47,614 bases of DNA. Origin: an uncultured Bacteroidales bacterium. Its GTDB lineage: Bacteria > Bacteroidota > Bacteroidia > Bacteroidales > JBBRXJ01. Both the position numbers and the translations under genes were made by a program. The stretch covers positions 1 through 47,614 of the forward strand of contig CAYMKE010000001.1 of the NCBI GenBank assembly GCA_964390955.1, given 5' to 3'. The notes under the pieces are model-generated. The model was given only the letters and a program-made list of their open reading frames with translations. It was not told where the DNA came from and made no database searches. Shown here one piece after another: positions 17,811 to 26,786 of this stretch; position 1 is the first letter of the stretch; each line of letters opens with the position of its first letter.

Positions 17811-19817
17811 ATGAATAATATGAACCAGCATTCAATGAAAAAATCTATATTTATATATTTTACACTAAGTTGTATTGGTTTATTGTTATACAGTCAGGCA
17901 ATAAAATACGGATTTGTCCGTGACGATACGTTTCATCTGTTAAAAAATCCTTATTTACAAAACATTTCATTTTCAAATATCAAACAATTTTGGGTTGATT
18001 CTTACTGGCGTTTATATATTCCTGTAACGTATACTACCTGGGCTATTCTCAAACCAATAGGTAATTTATTTACAAGCAGCCAGGCATTATTTAATTCCGG
18101 TGCATATCATTTATTAAATATTTTAATCCATATATTAAACAGTATTCTTGTTTACAAACTTTTGCAATTGATTGTAAAAAACAGAAATGCCTCTTTCATT
18201 GGCGCCCTGTTCTTCCTCCTTCACCCCATACAAATTGAGAGTGTAGCATGGATTTCTGAGTTGAGGGGAGTGTTAAGCACTTTTTGGGGGCTTCTTTTTC
18301 TTTTTGTGCATATAAGCAAGAATAAGGAAACTACCTTAAAAAAAAGAATGCATCATTACATTATTCAATATATTTTTTTATTGTTAGCTGTTACTTCAAA
18401 ACCAACAGCAATTGCATTTCCTGTAATTGCATTCATATTTGACTACTTATATTTTAAAAAGCCGTTAAAAACAAGTATATATTTATTTCTTCCTTCATTA
18501 ATCGTTATCATTCCGGTTTCCATCATAACGGTCCTTGTTCAACCTGGTGATGAACAAAGCAGTATTACTGCTCCCCTGTGGATGAGGCCCTTCATATTAT
18601 CTGACAGCATCAACTTTTATTTACAAAAAATATTATGGCCTCATCCCCTGGCCACTTCTTACGGGAGAACAAATAATATACTAATGAATGAATGGTGGTT
18701 TTATTTATCCCCGGTTATCCCGATTTCTGTTTTGTTTTTTACAATAAAACAATACCGCCGTCATCCACTCGTGTTGATTGCCTTTTTAGTATTCATCGTA
18801 GGTTTCTTGCCTGTATCAGGAATTATAAGGCATGCCTACCAATCATGGTCGAATGTAGCGGACCGGTTTATTTACTTTTCCATCTTCGGTTTTTCAGTCA
18901 TTTTGGCCTATGGACTGTCTTTAAAAAAGACATCTGAATACTTGTTTTATCCTTCTATTATATTATTGGTTGCATATTTTTTCTATGGAAAATTTTACCA
19001 TGTCCCTATATGGAAAAACAGTGTTACGCTTTGGACTCATAACATAAAACACTTCCCTGAAGAGCCCCGTTCATATTTATGCCTGGCTGATAAGTATGCA
19101 GAACAAGATAAAATAAAAAAAGCCATTGATTTATATACAAAAGGATTGGATATAAAAAAAGATGCAGCAGGATATAACAGCAGAGGAAATGCGTATGCTT
19201 CTCTCGGGAATTATAAAAAAGCGCTTAATGATTACAATATATCTATATCATTAGACAGTAATAATGTAAATACATATAATAACAGGGGAATACTCTATTA
19301 TAAAAACAATCAATTCAACAAAGCCAAAAAAGATTTGTATAAATCCATTCAAATGGCCCCTGAGGATTACAGGCCCTATTTAAACCTCGGCAACTGCTAT
19401 CTTAAACAAAACAAAACCGATAGTGCACGTTGGGCATACCAACTCGGGATAGAGCGTAATCACCAAAAAGCAATACTATATTATAATATCGGGAAAATAT
19501 ATAATCAACAAAACAACTATCCAAAAGCGTTGGAATATTTTAAGAAATCAGCTTTACTAAATCCTGATTTAAAAGAATCTTATTTTTATTCGGCAATGAT
19601 TCATTTCAAACAAAAAAATTACAAGGAAGTCATCATTCTCTTATCAAAATATTTAGCCTTAGACCCGGATCATAAATATGCTTATGTGAACAGGGCTAAA
19701 GCATATTTTTTCACAGGCCATTATCATAAAGCATACCAGGATATCGTACATGCCAGTAAACTGAATGCTCAAATTGATAAAAACTTTTTAAATGCCGTAT
19801 TGAGTAAGGTCAAATGA
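17811..19817 (+). CDS. Polytopic membrane protein with C-terminal TPR repeats (TMTC/DUF1736-like, GT-C type glycosyltransferase candidate)
   Basis: The first roughly 400 aa hold about 10 hydrophobic helices and begin with the motif YGFVRDDTFHLLKNPYLQ. The C-terminal roughly 260 aa are tandem 34-aa TPR units (GNAYASLGNYKKALNDYNISISLD, YNNRGILYYKNNQFNKAKKDL and others). Confidence 0.7.
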   Translation: MNNMNQHSMKKSIFIYFTLSCIGLLLYSQAIKYGFVRDDTFHLLKNPYLQNISFSNIKQFWVDSYWRLYIPVTYTTWAILKPIGNLFTSSQALFNSGAYHLLNILIHILNSILVYKLLQLIVKNRNASFIGALFFLLHPIQIESVAWISELRGVLSTFWGLLFLFVHISKNKETTLKKRMHHYIIQYIFLLLAVTSKPTAIAFPVIAFIFDYLYFKKPLKTSIYLFLPSLIVIIPVSIITVLVQPGDEQSSITAPLWMRPFILSDSINFYLQKILWPHPLATSYGRTNNILMNEWWFYLSPVIPISVLFFTIKQYRRHPLVLIAFLVFIVGFLPVSGIIRHAYQSWSNVADRFIYFSIFGFSVILAYGLSLKKTSEYLFYPSIILLVAYFFYGKFYHVPIWKNSVTLWTHNIKHFPEEPRSYLCLADKYAEQDKIKKAIDLYTKGLDIKKDAAGYNSRGNAYASLGNYKKALNDYNISISLDSNNVNTYNNRGILYYKNNQFNKAKKDLYKSIQMAPEDYRPYLNLGNCYLKQNKTDSARWAYQLGIERNHQKAILYYNIGKIYNQQNNYPKALEYFKKSALLNPDLKESYFYSAMIHFKQKNYKEVIILLSKYLALDPDHKYAYVNRAKAYFFTGHYHKAYQDIVHASKLNAQIDKNFLNAVLSKVK

Positions 19818-19915
19818 TTGGTTTTATTTTTTGATTTAAAATCTTCTTTTATTTCTATTTTATTATATTTGTAATTCAAACAATCATGTAATCTGACAGA
19901 AATACATATTTTAGA

Positions 19916-20314
19916 ATGGAACCATTACACATAAAACCAACGGAAGATACACCAGAGGTTTATTTTAATGTTGATGAAAAAAAGTTTAAAATTTCAGGCC
20001 AATGTTTCCCGGAAAATGCAGCAGCTTTTTTTGAGCCCATTATGAAATGGATTGAAAAATATTTACAAGATCCACTTGATAATACCGTAGTTGAATTAAA
20101 ATTTGAATATTTGAACACTGCATCCTCCAAATTAGTCACTGAAATGATCTATTCGTTAACGAAATTATTTGATCAGGGAAAAAATCTTGAAATGAAATGG
20201 TATTACGAAGATAAAGACATGGATATTAACAATTTGGGGAAGGATATATCATTTGCAACTGCTATGGATATGGAATTCATTAAGATTCCTACTGATGAAG
20301 ATGAAGATTTTTAA
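19916..20314 (+). CDS. DUF1987 (SiaC-like) domain protein
   Basis: The 132-aa protein matches DUF1987/SiaC as I recall it: PLHIKPTEDTPEVYFNVDEKKFKISGQCFPENAAAFFEPIMKWIEKY, and later LEMKWYYEDKDMD. Confidence 0.65.
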   Translation: MEPLHIKPTEDTPEVYFNVDEKKFKISGQCFPENAAAFFEPIMKWIEKYLQDPLDNTVVELKFEYLNTASSKLVTEMIYSLTKLFDQGKNLEMKWYYEDKDMDINNLGKDISFATAMDMEFIKIPTDEDEDF

Positions 20315-20319
20315 CTTTA

Positions 20320-21360
20320 CTATTCAACAGAAATATATTTTTTATCCTGATTGCTTTCTTTAGCTTTTTCAATGATACGCATACAATTCAATGCTTCATA
20401 CGGTGTTACAACAAGTTTTCCATTATTTCTTATTACATCATATATGTTCGAATAATAAGAAGAATAATTACCGGGGACCGATTCAATCCTACCTTTAAAA
20501 TGTATATTATTAATTCGTGTATTCAATATCCCCCAATTCATTTCAGGTTCATTACCCCACCCATCTTCGCCCGGGAAATGGCCTTTTTTTAGCATTTCTT
20601 CTTGCAAATCATAACCATATTTCAAAAAAGAACCTTCTGTACCATGGATTATAAAGCGCGGCCCTTTTTCTTTCACAAGGTAACTGCTCTTTACAGTTAC
20701 TTTAAAATTCGTGTATTCTAAAATAATCTCATAGTAATCATCAACATATGCATGATCTCTTAGTTTCCGTAAATCAGCATTTACATAAGAAGGCATTCCG
20801 AATAATACCAACGCCTGGTCAATCAAATGAGAACCTAAGTTATATAAAGAGCTGGAAGACTGATCTTTCCAGTTCCCTTTTCTGATTTCCTTCCTGTAAC
20901 GGTCAAAATTAGATTCAAATGTCACCATTCTTCCAACCATTTGTTGTTCAATTACTTTCTGAACAGTCAAAAAATCACTATCCCATCTTCTGTTTTGAAA
21001 CACACTCAATAACAGGCCGTGTTTTTCTGCAATGTTAATCAATTCTTCTGCTTGTTCTACGGATTGTGTAAACGGTTTCTCAACAACCACATGCTTACCT
21101 GCTAATAATGCCATTTTAGCGTATTCATGATGAGTGTCATCCGGTGTGTTCACTATCACCAATTCAATTTCCTGATCCTGAAGAATCTTGTTATACTCGC
21201 GTACAATTGCTATATGTGGATATTGCCGGGTCGAAAGATTTTTAGAACGTTCCCATATAGTTTTTATTGAAAAACCGGGGTGAATATGCAATATAGGAGT
21301 ATGAAATACACGTCCTGACATTCCATAAGATAAGATTGCAGTTGAGACGGGCTTATTCAT
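20320..21360 (-). CDS. Gfo/Idh/MocA family oxidoreductase, YhhX/YdgJ-like
   Basis: It shows VVEKPFT, QNRRWDSDFLT, GSHLIDQALVLFGMP and PRFIIHGTEGSFLKYGYDLQEE, colinear with E. coli YhhX as recalled. The start is taken at MNKPVSTAILSYGMSG (21360), giving an 8-nt overlap with the upstream stop. The tracked start is 21414. Confidence 0.8.
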   Translation of the reverse strand: MNKPVSTAILSYGMSGRVFHTPILHIHPGFSIKTIWERSKNLSTRQYPHIAIVREYNKILQDQEIELVIVNTPDDTHHEYAKMALLAGKHVVVEKPFTQSVEQAEELINIAEKHGLLLSVFQNRRWDSDFLTVQKVIEQQMVGRMVTFESNFDRYRKEIRKGNWKDQSSSSLYNLGSHLIDQALVLFGMPSYVNADLRKLRDHAYVDDYYEIILEYTNFKVTVKSSYLVKEKGPRFIIHGTEGSFLKYGYDLQEEMLKKGHFPGEDGWGNEPEMNWGILNTRINNIHFKGRIESVPGNYSSYYSNIYDVIRNNGKLVVTPYEALNCMRIIEKAKESNQDKKYISVE

Positions 21361-22243
21361 GAGTCCTGTCATGTTCTTTAATCTTTTCGATAATCCGTTC
21401 TTCGGCACTCTCATACATTTCTTTTATAAATTCATCATAAAAATTATATATCCGTTCTTCAAACCTCATTTTATCAACTCTGCTAAAAAGCATTTCATCT
21501 GCAGTAGCGATATCTTTACCATAAATATGATATGAGTCAGCATGCCAGTTCATTCTTGCCAAACGCACTTCCTTACCGCTTCTCCTGGAAATTTCTGAAG
21601 CGATGATTTCTTTATTGAACATGATAAAGCCAAACATATTCATAAAATTTGCCCCCCATGCATCGTTACTCCTAAAGCGAATATTACAATTAAGCCATTG
21701 AATACCCTTTTCATCTTCAATAAGTCTGTACCACAACGATTGCAAGCAAGGAGGGTCATAACATTCAGTGTCCAGGTTTGGCATCCAGGTAATCATTTGA
21801 GCCTGTCTTGTGAATGGTTGTTTAACAAGTTTTTCTATAACATTTTCAATTTGATTCACCTTAAAATGGCCTGATTCAACTGATTTTCTGTTTTGCAATT
21901 CTTTCCAAACACCATAATTTGCAAGCCTGCCATGATATGTATATTCCCAGCGTGTATCTTCAGGGTCATTGATATTTTTCACCCAATGGTCTTTATATCC
22001 TTTTAATTCAAGTACATATTCTTTTAATTCATCAATACCACCCGGAAATGCCATATGAATCATTGGATCACTTTCAGGTTCCAGAATTGTAATATTCATT
22101 GTACAATCAATACTTTGCGGGTCACCCGGTTGATCGTATTGAGTCTTAAAACGGGTTCCGTTTTTATATAAATTCACCAGTGCATTCTCATATGCCTGTG
22201 CCAATGATTTACCTTCTGAGAAAAGAATGGGAATATTTTTCAT
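21353..22243 (-). CDS. Thymidylate synthase (ThyA)-fold protein, divergent/archaeal-like
   Basis: It has the nucleophile motif DPPCLQSLWY, RFRSNDAWGANFMN (compare QRSxDxxLGxPFN) and ADSYHIYG (compare DAHLY). It lacks the canonical bacterial N-terminal DRTGTGT motif. Length is 296 aa. Confidence 0.7.
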   Translation of the reverse strand: MKNIPILFSEGKSLAQAYENALVNLYKNGTRFKTQYDQPGDPQSIDCTMNITILEPESDPMIHMAFPGGIDELKEYVLELKGYKDHWVKNINDPEDTRWEYTYHGRLANYGVWKELQNRKSVESGHFKVNQIENVIEKLVKQPFTRQAQMITWMPNLDTECYDPPCLQSLWYRLIEDEKGIQWLNCNIRFRSNDAWGANFMNMFGFIMFNKEIIASEISRRSGKEVRLARMNWHADSYHIYGKDIATADEMLFSRVDKMRFEERIYNFYDEFIKEMYESAEERIIEKIKEHDRTHE

Positions 22244-22257
22244 ATGTTTATTATTAA

Positions 22258-22409
22258 GTTATTAAGTTTAGAGGTTTAGAAGTTTAGAAGTTTAGAGGTT
22301 TAGAAGTTGAGAAGTTTAGAAGTTGAGAAGTTGAGAGGTTTAGAAGTTTAGAAGTTAAGAGGTTTAGAAGTTGATAAGTTAAGAAGTTTAGAGGTTGAGA
22401 GATTAAGAG
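22258..22409. repeat. Tandem array of 19 x 8 bp, consensus GTTTAGAA (variants GTTGAGAA, GTTTAGAG, GTTAAGAA), in perfect register
   Basis: Unit starts were counted at 22258, 22266, ... 22402. The + strand has no C at all from 22242 to 22411. The array ends 14 nt from the ThyA-like start codon. All frames contain stops. Confidence 0.9.
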
Positions 22410-22440
22410 GGCGTGTGAGATAGAGTTGTGTTTCCCTGTT

Positions 22441-22473
22441 AACTTTTCCAACGTTTTAAACGTTGGAAAAGTT
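22441..22473. other. 33-nt near-perfect palindrome/hairpin AACTTTTCCAACG-TTTTAAA-CGTTGGAAAAGTT
   Basis: A 13-bp perfect stem can extend by up to 3 A-T pairs. It lies 135 nt downstream of the rnfA stop on the - strand. No U-tract follows on the - strand. Confidence 0.6.
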
Positions 22474-22607
22474 CATTTATAATATCCTTTATACCTTTCT
22501 TTCCCTTTTATAATCATAAGCGTGTGAGTTAAATGCCTTATCATGGGACGTTTCACAGATATAATTTTTTATGTTATTTGAAATATAAACAAGTAATATA
22601 CAGATAT

Positions 22608-23189
22608 TTAAACCAATCCTGCAAATCCCATAAATGCCATAGCTAAAATACCTCCCACAACAAAAGCAATGGGTACCCCCCGCATCTCTTTAGGAACTTT
22701 TACAAATTCCAAATGTTGACGAATGCTTGCAAATAAAACGAGTGCTAAACCAAAACCCAATGCATTGGCAAAAGCAAAAAGCACACTTTCTATAAGATTT
22801 AAGTCTTGTTGTACTGCCAAAAGGGCTACACCCATAATGGCACAATTTGTTGTTATCAAAGGCAAAAAAATACCCAATGCCTGATATAATGGTGGACTTA
22901 CCTTTTTCAAAACGATTTCTACCAATTGCACCAATGAGGCAATAATTAAAATAAATGAAACGGTTTTTAAAAATCCCAGATGGAAAGGTTCCAGTATAAA
23001 ATGTTGAATTAAATAAGTAATTGTAGTTGCTAAAACCATTACAAAAATTACAGCGCCGGTCATTCCTACCGAGGTTTCCAGTTTATTTGAAACTCCAATA
23101 AACGGACACAATCCTAAAAACTGGCTTAATACTATATTATGTACAAAAATTGCAGATATAATAATTATCAGATATTCCATAATGATCAA
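22608..23189 (-). CDS. rnfA: Rnf electron transport complex subunit A
   Basis: This 193-aa polytopic protein shows VLSQFLGLCPFIGVS and LPLITTNCAIMGVAL. It is the last gene of the rnfBCDGEA order. Confidence 0.9.
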   Translation of the reverse strand: MIIMEYLIIIISAIFVHNIVLSQFLGLCPFIGVSNKLETSVGMTGAVIFVMVLATTITYLIQHFILEPFHLGFLKTVSFILIIASLVQLVEIVLKKVSPPLYQALGIFLPLITTNCAIMGVALLAVQQDLNLIESVLFAFANALGFGLALVLFASIRQHLEFVKVPKEMRGVPIAFVVGGILAMAFMGFAGLV

Positions 23190-23202
23190 AAATTAATGGT
23201 TA

Positions 23203-23781
23203 TTATTTTTTCAATTTATTGGTAATGGCAATAAGGTATCCTAAAGCAATGAATGCGCCTGGTGCAAGAATAAACAATATGATTCCGTTTCCTGTAATAA
23301 ATTTATATCCCAGGAATGAACCGCCTCCCAATAATTCACGAACAGCTCCTAATATAAAAAGGGCCAGTGTGAATCCAAGTCCCATTCCCAGGCCATCTAT
23401 AAGAGAAGACCATGTGTTGTTTTTGGATGCAAAAGCTTCTGCACGGCCAAGTACAAGGCAATTCACAACAATAAGTGGAATAAATATACCAAGCGCTTTA
23501 AAAAGGTCTGGAAGATAAGCCTGCATAAGCAACTCAACAATGGTCACAAACGAAGCAATGATAACTATAAATGATGGGATACGGACTTTTGCAGGAATTC
23601 CTTTTTTAACAATAGAGACTACTAAATTTGACATAACTAGTACAAAAGTGGTTGCAAGTCCCATTCCGATGCCGTTTTGGGCTGAAGTGGTTACTGCTAA
23701 GGCCGGACAAAGACCAAGGAATAATGTAAATACTGCATTTTCCCTTAAAAATCCTTTTGTAAAATTTTTCCATTGACTCAT
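23203..23781 (-). CDS. rnfE: Rnf electron transport complex subunit E
   Basis: This 192-aa RnfA/E-family membrane protein shows [13 protein letters not shown] and [18 protein letters not shown]. Confidence 0.9.
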   Translation of the reverse strand: MSQWKNFTKGFLRENAVFTLFLGLCPALAVTTSAQNGIGMGLATTFVLVMSNLVVSIVKKGIPAKVRIPSFIVIIASFVTIVELLMQAYLPDLFKALGIFIPLIVVNCLVLGRAEAFASKNNTWSSLIDGLGMGLGFTLALFILGAVRELLGGGSFLGYKFITGNGIILFILAPGAFIALGYLIAITNKLKK

Positions 23782-23834
23782 AAGCTGATAATTTTTTCTG
23801 TATAAATTTTAATATCTGGTTTGATGCTCCCTTT

Positions 23835-24410
23835 TTATTTAGTTTGTATGCTTTGAAAGCCTTCCCATGCTTTACTCATGGCATCGCAATAGGCTTTAGA
23901 GCTTATTGTTGCTGCTGTTATTGCATCCACATCCCCATCTGCTCCAACGGACAAAGTAAACTCAGAAGGATGTTTTCCAAAAAATTGATTCGGGAAATCT
24001 GATTTTCCTTGTTCAATTTTGTCCCCTAAACCGGGAGTTTCTGCGTGCTGTACCACAACAATGTTATGAATGGTTCCATCTGGTAAAAACCCTGCCATAA
24101 GACTGATCAATCCGCTAAATCCTTTATCTGTTGATGTTAAAATAGCAACTCCTACAAGTTCTCCATTATTTTTAGCCGGGTAAACTGTAAGTGTATCTTT
24201 ATCAACACCAACTTTCATGGCTTCTTTAAACGGATTATTTGTAAAGTCGGGAACCACTTCTTTGATGGCTGTTAATTTTTTTTCAAGTTTTGCTTGTTGA
24301 ATTGGTTTTTCTGTCACCTTATATATGTACCCCAAAGCGAGTGAAGCGCTAAACGTAACAAGTATAAGTGTTGCCACCATCCGATAAAAATCTTTAATTT
24401 TATTTGCCAT
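23835..24410 (-). CDS. rnfG: Rnf electron transport complex subunit G (FMN-binding)
   Basis: This 191-aa protein has an N-terminal anchor, an FMN-binding domain (GFSGLISLMAGF) and a flavinylation-type motif DAITAATISS. Confidence 0.88.
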   Translation of the reverse strand: MANKIKDFYRMVATLILVTFSASLALGYIYKVTEKPIQQAKLEKKLTAIKEVVPDFTNNPFKEAMKVGVDKDTLTVYPAKNNGELVGVAILTSTDKGFSGLISLMAGFLPDGTIHNIVVVQHAETPGLGDKIEQGKSDFPNQFFGKHPSEFTLSVGADGDVDAITAATISSKAYCDAMSKAWEGFQSIQTK

Positions 24411-24421
24411 ATCAATAAATT

Positions 24422-25429
24422 TTATGATTTGATTTTATTTTTTCCGTATTGCCTTGGTTTAATATACCTATCCATTAGGGGAACAAGTGCATTCATAAAC
24501 AGGATAGCAAATTGAACGCCCTCCGGATAAGAACCAAACAATCTGATTATTACCGTCAATGCACCAATCCCGACACCATAGATTAGCATTCCTTTAGCAG
24601 TCATGGGTGAAGTAACATAATCTGTAGCCATGAACACGGCTCCCAACATAAGTCCACCACTTAAAAGATGGAAAACAGGATTTGCAAATTGTGTTGGATC
24701 AACATACCACAAAATTCCTGTAAATATAAAAACAGTAGCAAGTATGGATACAGGAATATGCCATGAAATAACACGTTTTACAAGCATGTACACCAGCCCG
24801 ATAAGCAAAGCTACAGCAGCTATTTCACCAGCAGAACCACCTGTGTTTCCTATAAATAATTGGTAATTTGTAGGGATTTCACTCATTAGTCCGGATACCT
24901 TTTCTCCACTGCTGATCCCTTCCTGTAAAGTACCCAGGGGAGTAGGGCCGGTAATCGCATCAAGATATTTTTGGGAGAAAAAAGGTTTTGGCTTTGGCCA
25001 ACTGGTCATTTGGGCCGGAAAAGAGATGAACAAAAACACCCTGCCTACAAGAGCCGGATTGAAGGGGTTTTTACCAAGTCCGCCAAATGTCATTTTTCCA
25101 ACTCCAATAGCGACAAGGCTTCCGATTATAATGATCCACAAAGGAAGGTTTGCCGGCAAACAAAATCCCAAAAGCAAGCCTGTCACTATTGCAGAACCGT
25201 CTTTTATTGACCCGGGGGTTTTTACAATATATTTATTGATAAGCCATTCAAAAAGTAAGCAAAATAGTACAGATGAAAAAATTACAACAACTGCCCCCAT
25301 GCCAAAATAAAATACAGATATAAATAAAGCCGGAATTAGAGCTAATATAACCCTGTACATTAATTTTTCAACAGTTATATTATCTTTCACATGGGGTGCC
25401 GGTGATACGTGTAATAGTTTGTTTGCCAT
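24422..25429 (-). CDS. rnfD: Rnf electron transport complex subunit D
   Basis: This 335-aa polytopic protein matches the NqrB/RnfD family pattern (FNPALVGRVFLFISFP, ATDYVTSP). Confidence 0.9.
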   Translation of the reverse strand: MANKLLHVSPAPHVKDNITVEKLMYRVILALIPALFISVFYFGMGAVVVIFSSVLFCLLFEWLINKYIVKTPGSIKDGSAIVTGLLLGFCLPANLPLWIIIIGSLVAIGVGKMTFGGLGKNPFNPALVGRVFLFISFPAQMTSWPKPKPFFSQKYLDAITGPTPLGTLQEGISSGEKVSGLMSEIPTNYQLFIGNTGGSAGEIAAVALLIGLVYMLVKRVISWHIPVSILATVFIFTGILWYVDPTQFANPVFHLLSGGLMLGAVFMATDYVTSPMTAKGMLIYGVGIGALTVIIRLFGSYPEGVQFAILFMNALVPLMDRYIKPRQYGKNKIKS

Positions 25430-25430
25430 T

Positions 25431-26759
25431 TTATTTAGTAGATTTTAGCATTTGACCTGTTTTGTTTTTTCCAAACTTGATATAATCAAGCAAAGGTATA
25501 TTTGCAGGGCATGTATAGCTGCACGAACCACATTCTATACAATCCATTATATTATTTTTATACAATTCATCACATGATTCCTCCTGGGCTAATTGATTCA
25601 ATAAATACGGCTTTAGGTTCATGGGACACACATTCACACACCTTCCGCATCTGATGCAAGTCATGCTTTGCTCTCTATGAGATTCGTCTTCAGGCAAAAG
25701 CAATATGCCACTTGTTCCTTTTACAACAGGGATTTCCGTTCTGTTCAAAGCGACTCCCATCATCGGCCCTCCTGCTATTACCTTTCCTGTCTCATCCGGT
25801 AATCCGCCACAATATTCAATCAAATCAGAAACAGGCGTTCCAATGCGTACCATAAAATTAGACGGGCGTTTAACATTTTTCCCGGTAACAGTCACCACTC
25901 GTTCAATCAAAGGTTTATTCAGTTGTATTGCATCATATACCGCACATGTAGTCCCGACATTAAACACGACCACTCCAACATCTATCGGAAGACCACCTGA
26001 AGGCACTTCCCTGTTCAAAATGGCTTTGATCAATTGTTTTTCACCTCCCTGAGGGTATTTTACTTTGAGCGGAACCACTTCAATGGATTCATCAGCGGCC
26101 AAATGCTTTCTCAACATCCTGATTGCCATTCCTTTATTGTTTTCTGCACCAATAAAAGCCTGTTTAACATTCAGCGCTTTTTTCAGGATGCTGATCCCAG
26201 CAAGCAATTGCTCGGTTTTATCGAGCATAATCTGAAAATCGGCTGTTAAATAGGGTTCACATTCGGCCCCGTTAATAATCAAATATTCTGCTTTTTTTCC
26301 TTCCGGGATACTAAGTTTTATGTTTGAAGGAAATGTAGCGCCACCCAAACCTACAATACCTGCTTCTTTTATTTTTTCTATGATCTGCTCTGATGATAAT
26401 TCCGTGTCATGACGGATTTCTTTTTGATCCAGGATGGATTCATCCCATTCATCTCCTTCAACAGTTATTTGGATTGCAGGGCATTTATAGCCACTGGAAG
26501 TAAATATATTATCAATTTTTTTAACAGTCCCGGAAACTGATGAATGAATATTGGCTGAAACAAATGAACTTGCTTTGGCAATAAGCTGGCCTGTTTTTAC
26601 TTTATCGCCTTTTTTTACAACAGGTTCAGCCGGTGCGCCGATGTGCTGCGATAAGGGGATATGAGCCTCTTTCGGCAATGGAAATTGTTCTATGGGCCGG
26701 TTGGATGAAATCTTATGTTCTTTAGGATGAACACCTCCTGTTTTAAAAGTTTTCAGCAC
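25431..26759 (-). CDS. rnfC: Rnf electron transport complex subunit C
   Basis: This 442-aa protein has an NADH/FMN-binding region (GIVGLGGATFP) and two 4Fe-4S motifs (CIRCGRCVNVCP, CIECGSCSYTCP). Confidence 0.92.
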   Translation of the reverse strand: MLKTFKTGGVHPKEHKISSNRPIEQFPLPKEAHIPLSQHIGAPAEPVVKKGDKVKTGQLIAKASSFVSANIHSSVSGTVKKIDNIFTSSGYKCPAIQITVEGDEWDESILDQKEIRHDTELSSEQIIEKIKEAGIVGLGGATFPSNIKLSIPEGKKAEYLIINGAECEPYLTADFQIMLDKTEQLLAGISILKKALNVKQAFIGAENNKGMAIRMLRKHLAADESIEVVPLKVKYPQGGEKQLIKAILNREVPSGGLPIDVGVVVFNVGTTCAVYDAIQLNKPLIERVVTVTGKNVKRPSNFMVRIGTPVSDLIEYCGGLPDETGKVIAGGPMMGVALNRTEIPVVKGTSGILLLPEDESHREQSMTCIRCGRCVNVCPMNLKPYLLNQLAQEESCDELYKNNIMDCIECGSCSYTCPANIPLLDYIKFGKNKTGQMLKSTK

Positions 26760-26786
26760 GTTTTACCTCCTTATTTTTTCAAATAT

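Noticed and set aside
22258-22409. The 8-bp array as a CRISPR array or as coding repeats.
   Set aside because: The units are contiguous with no spacers and far too short for CRISPR. TAG/TAA stops occur in every frame on both strands.
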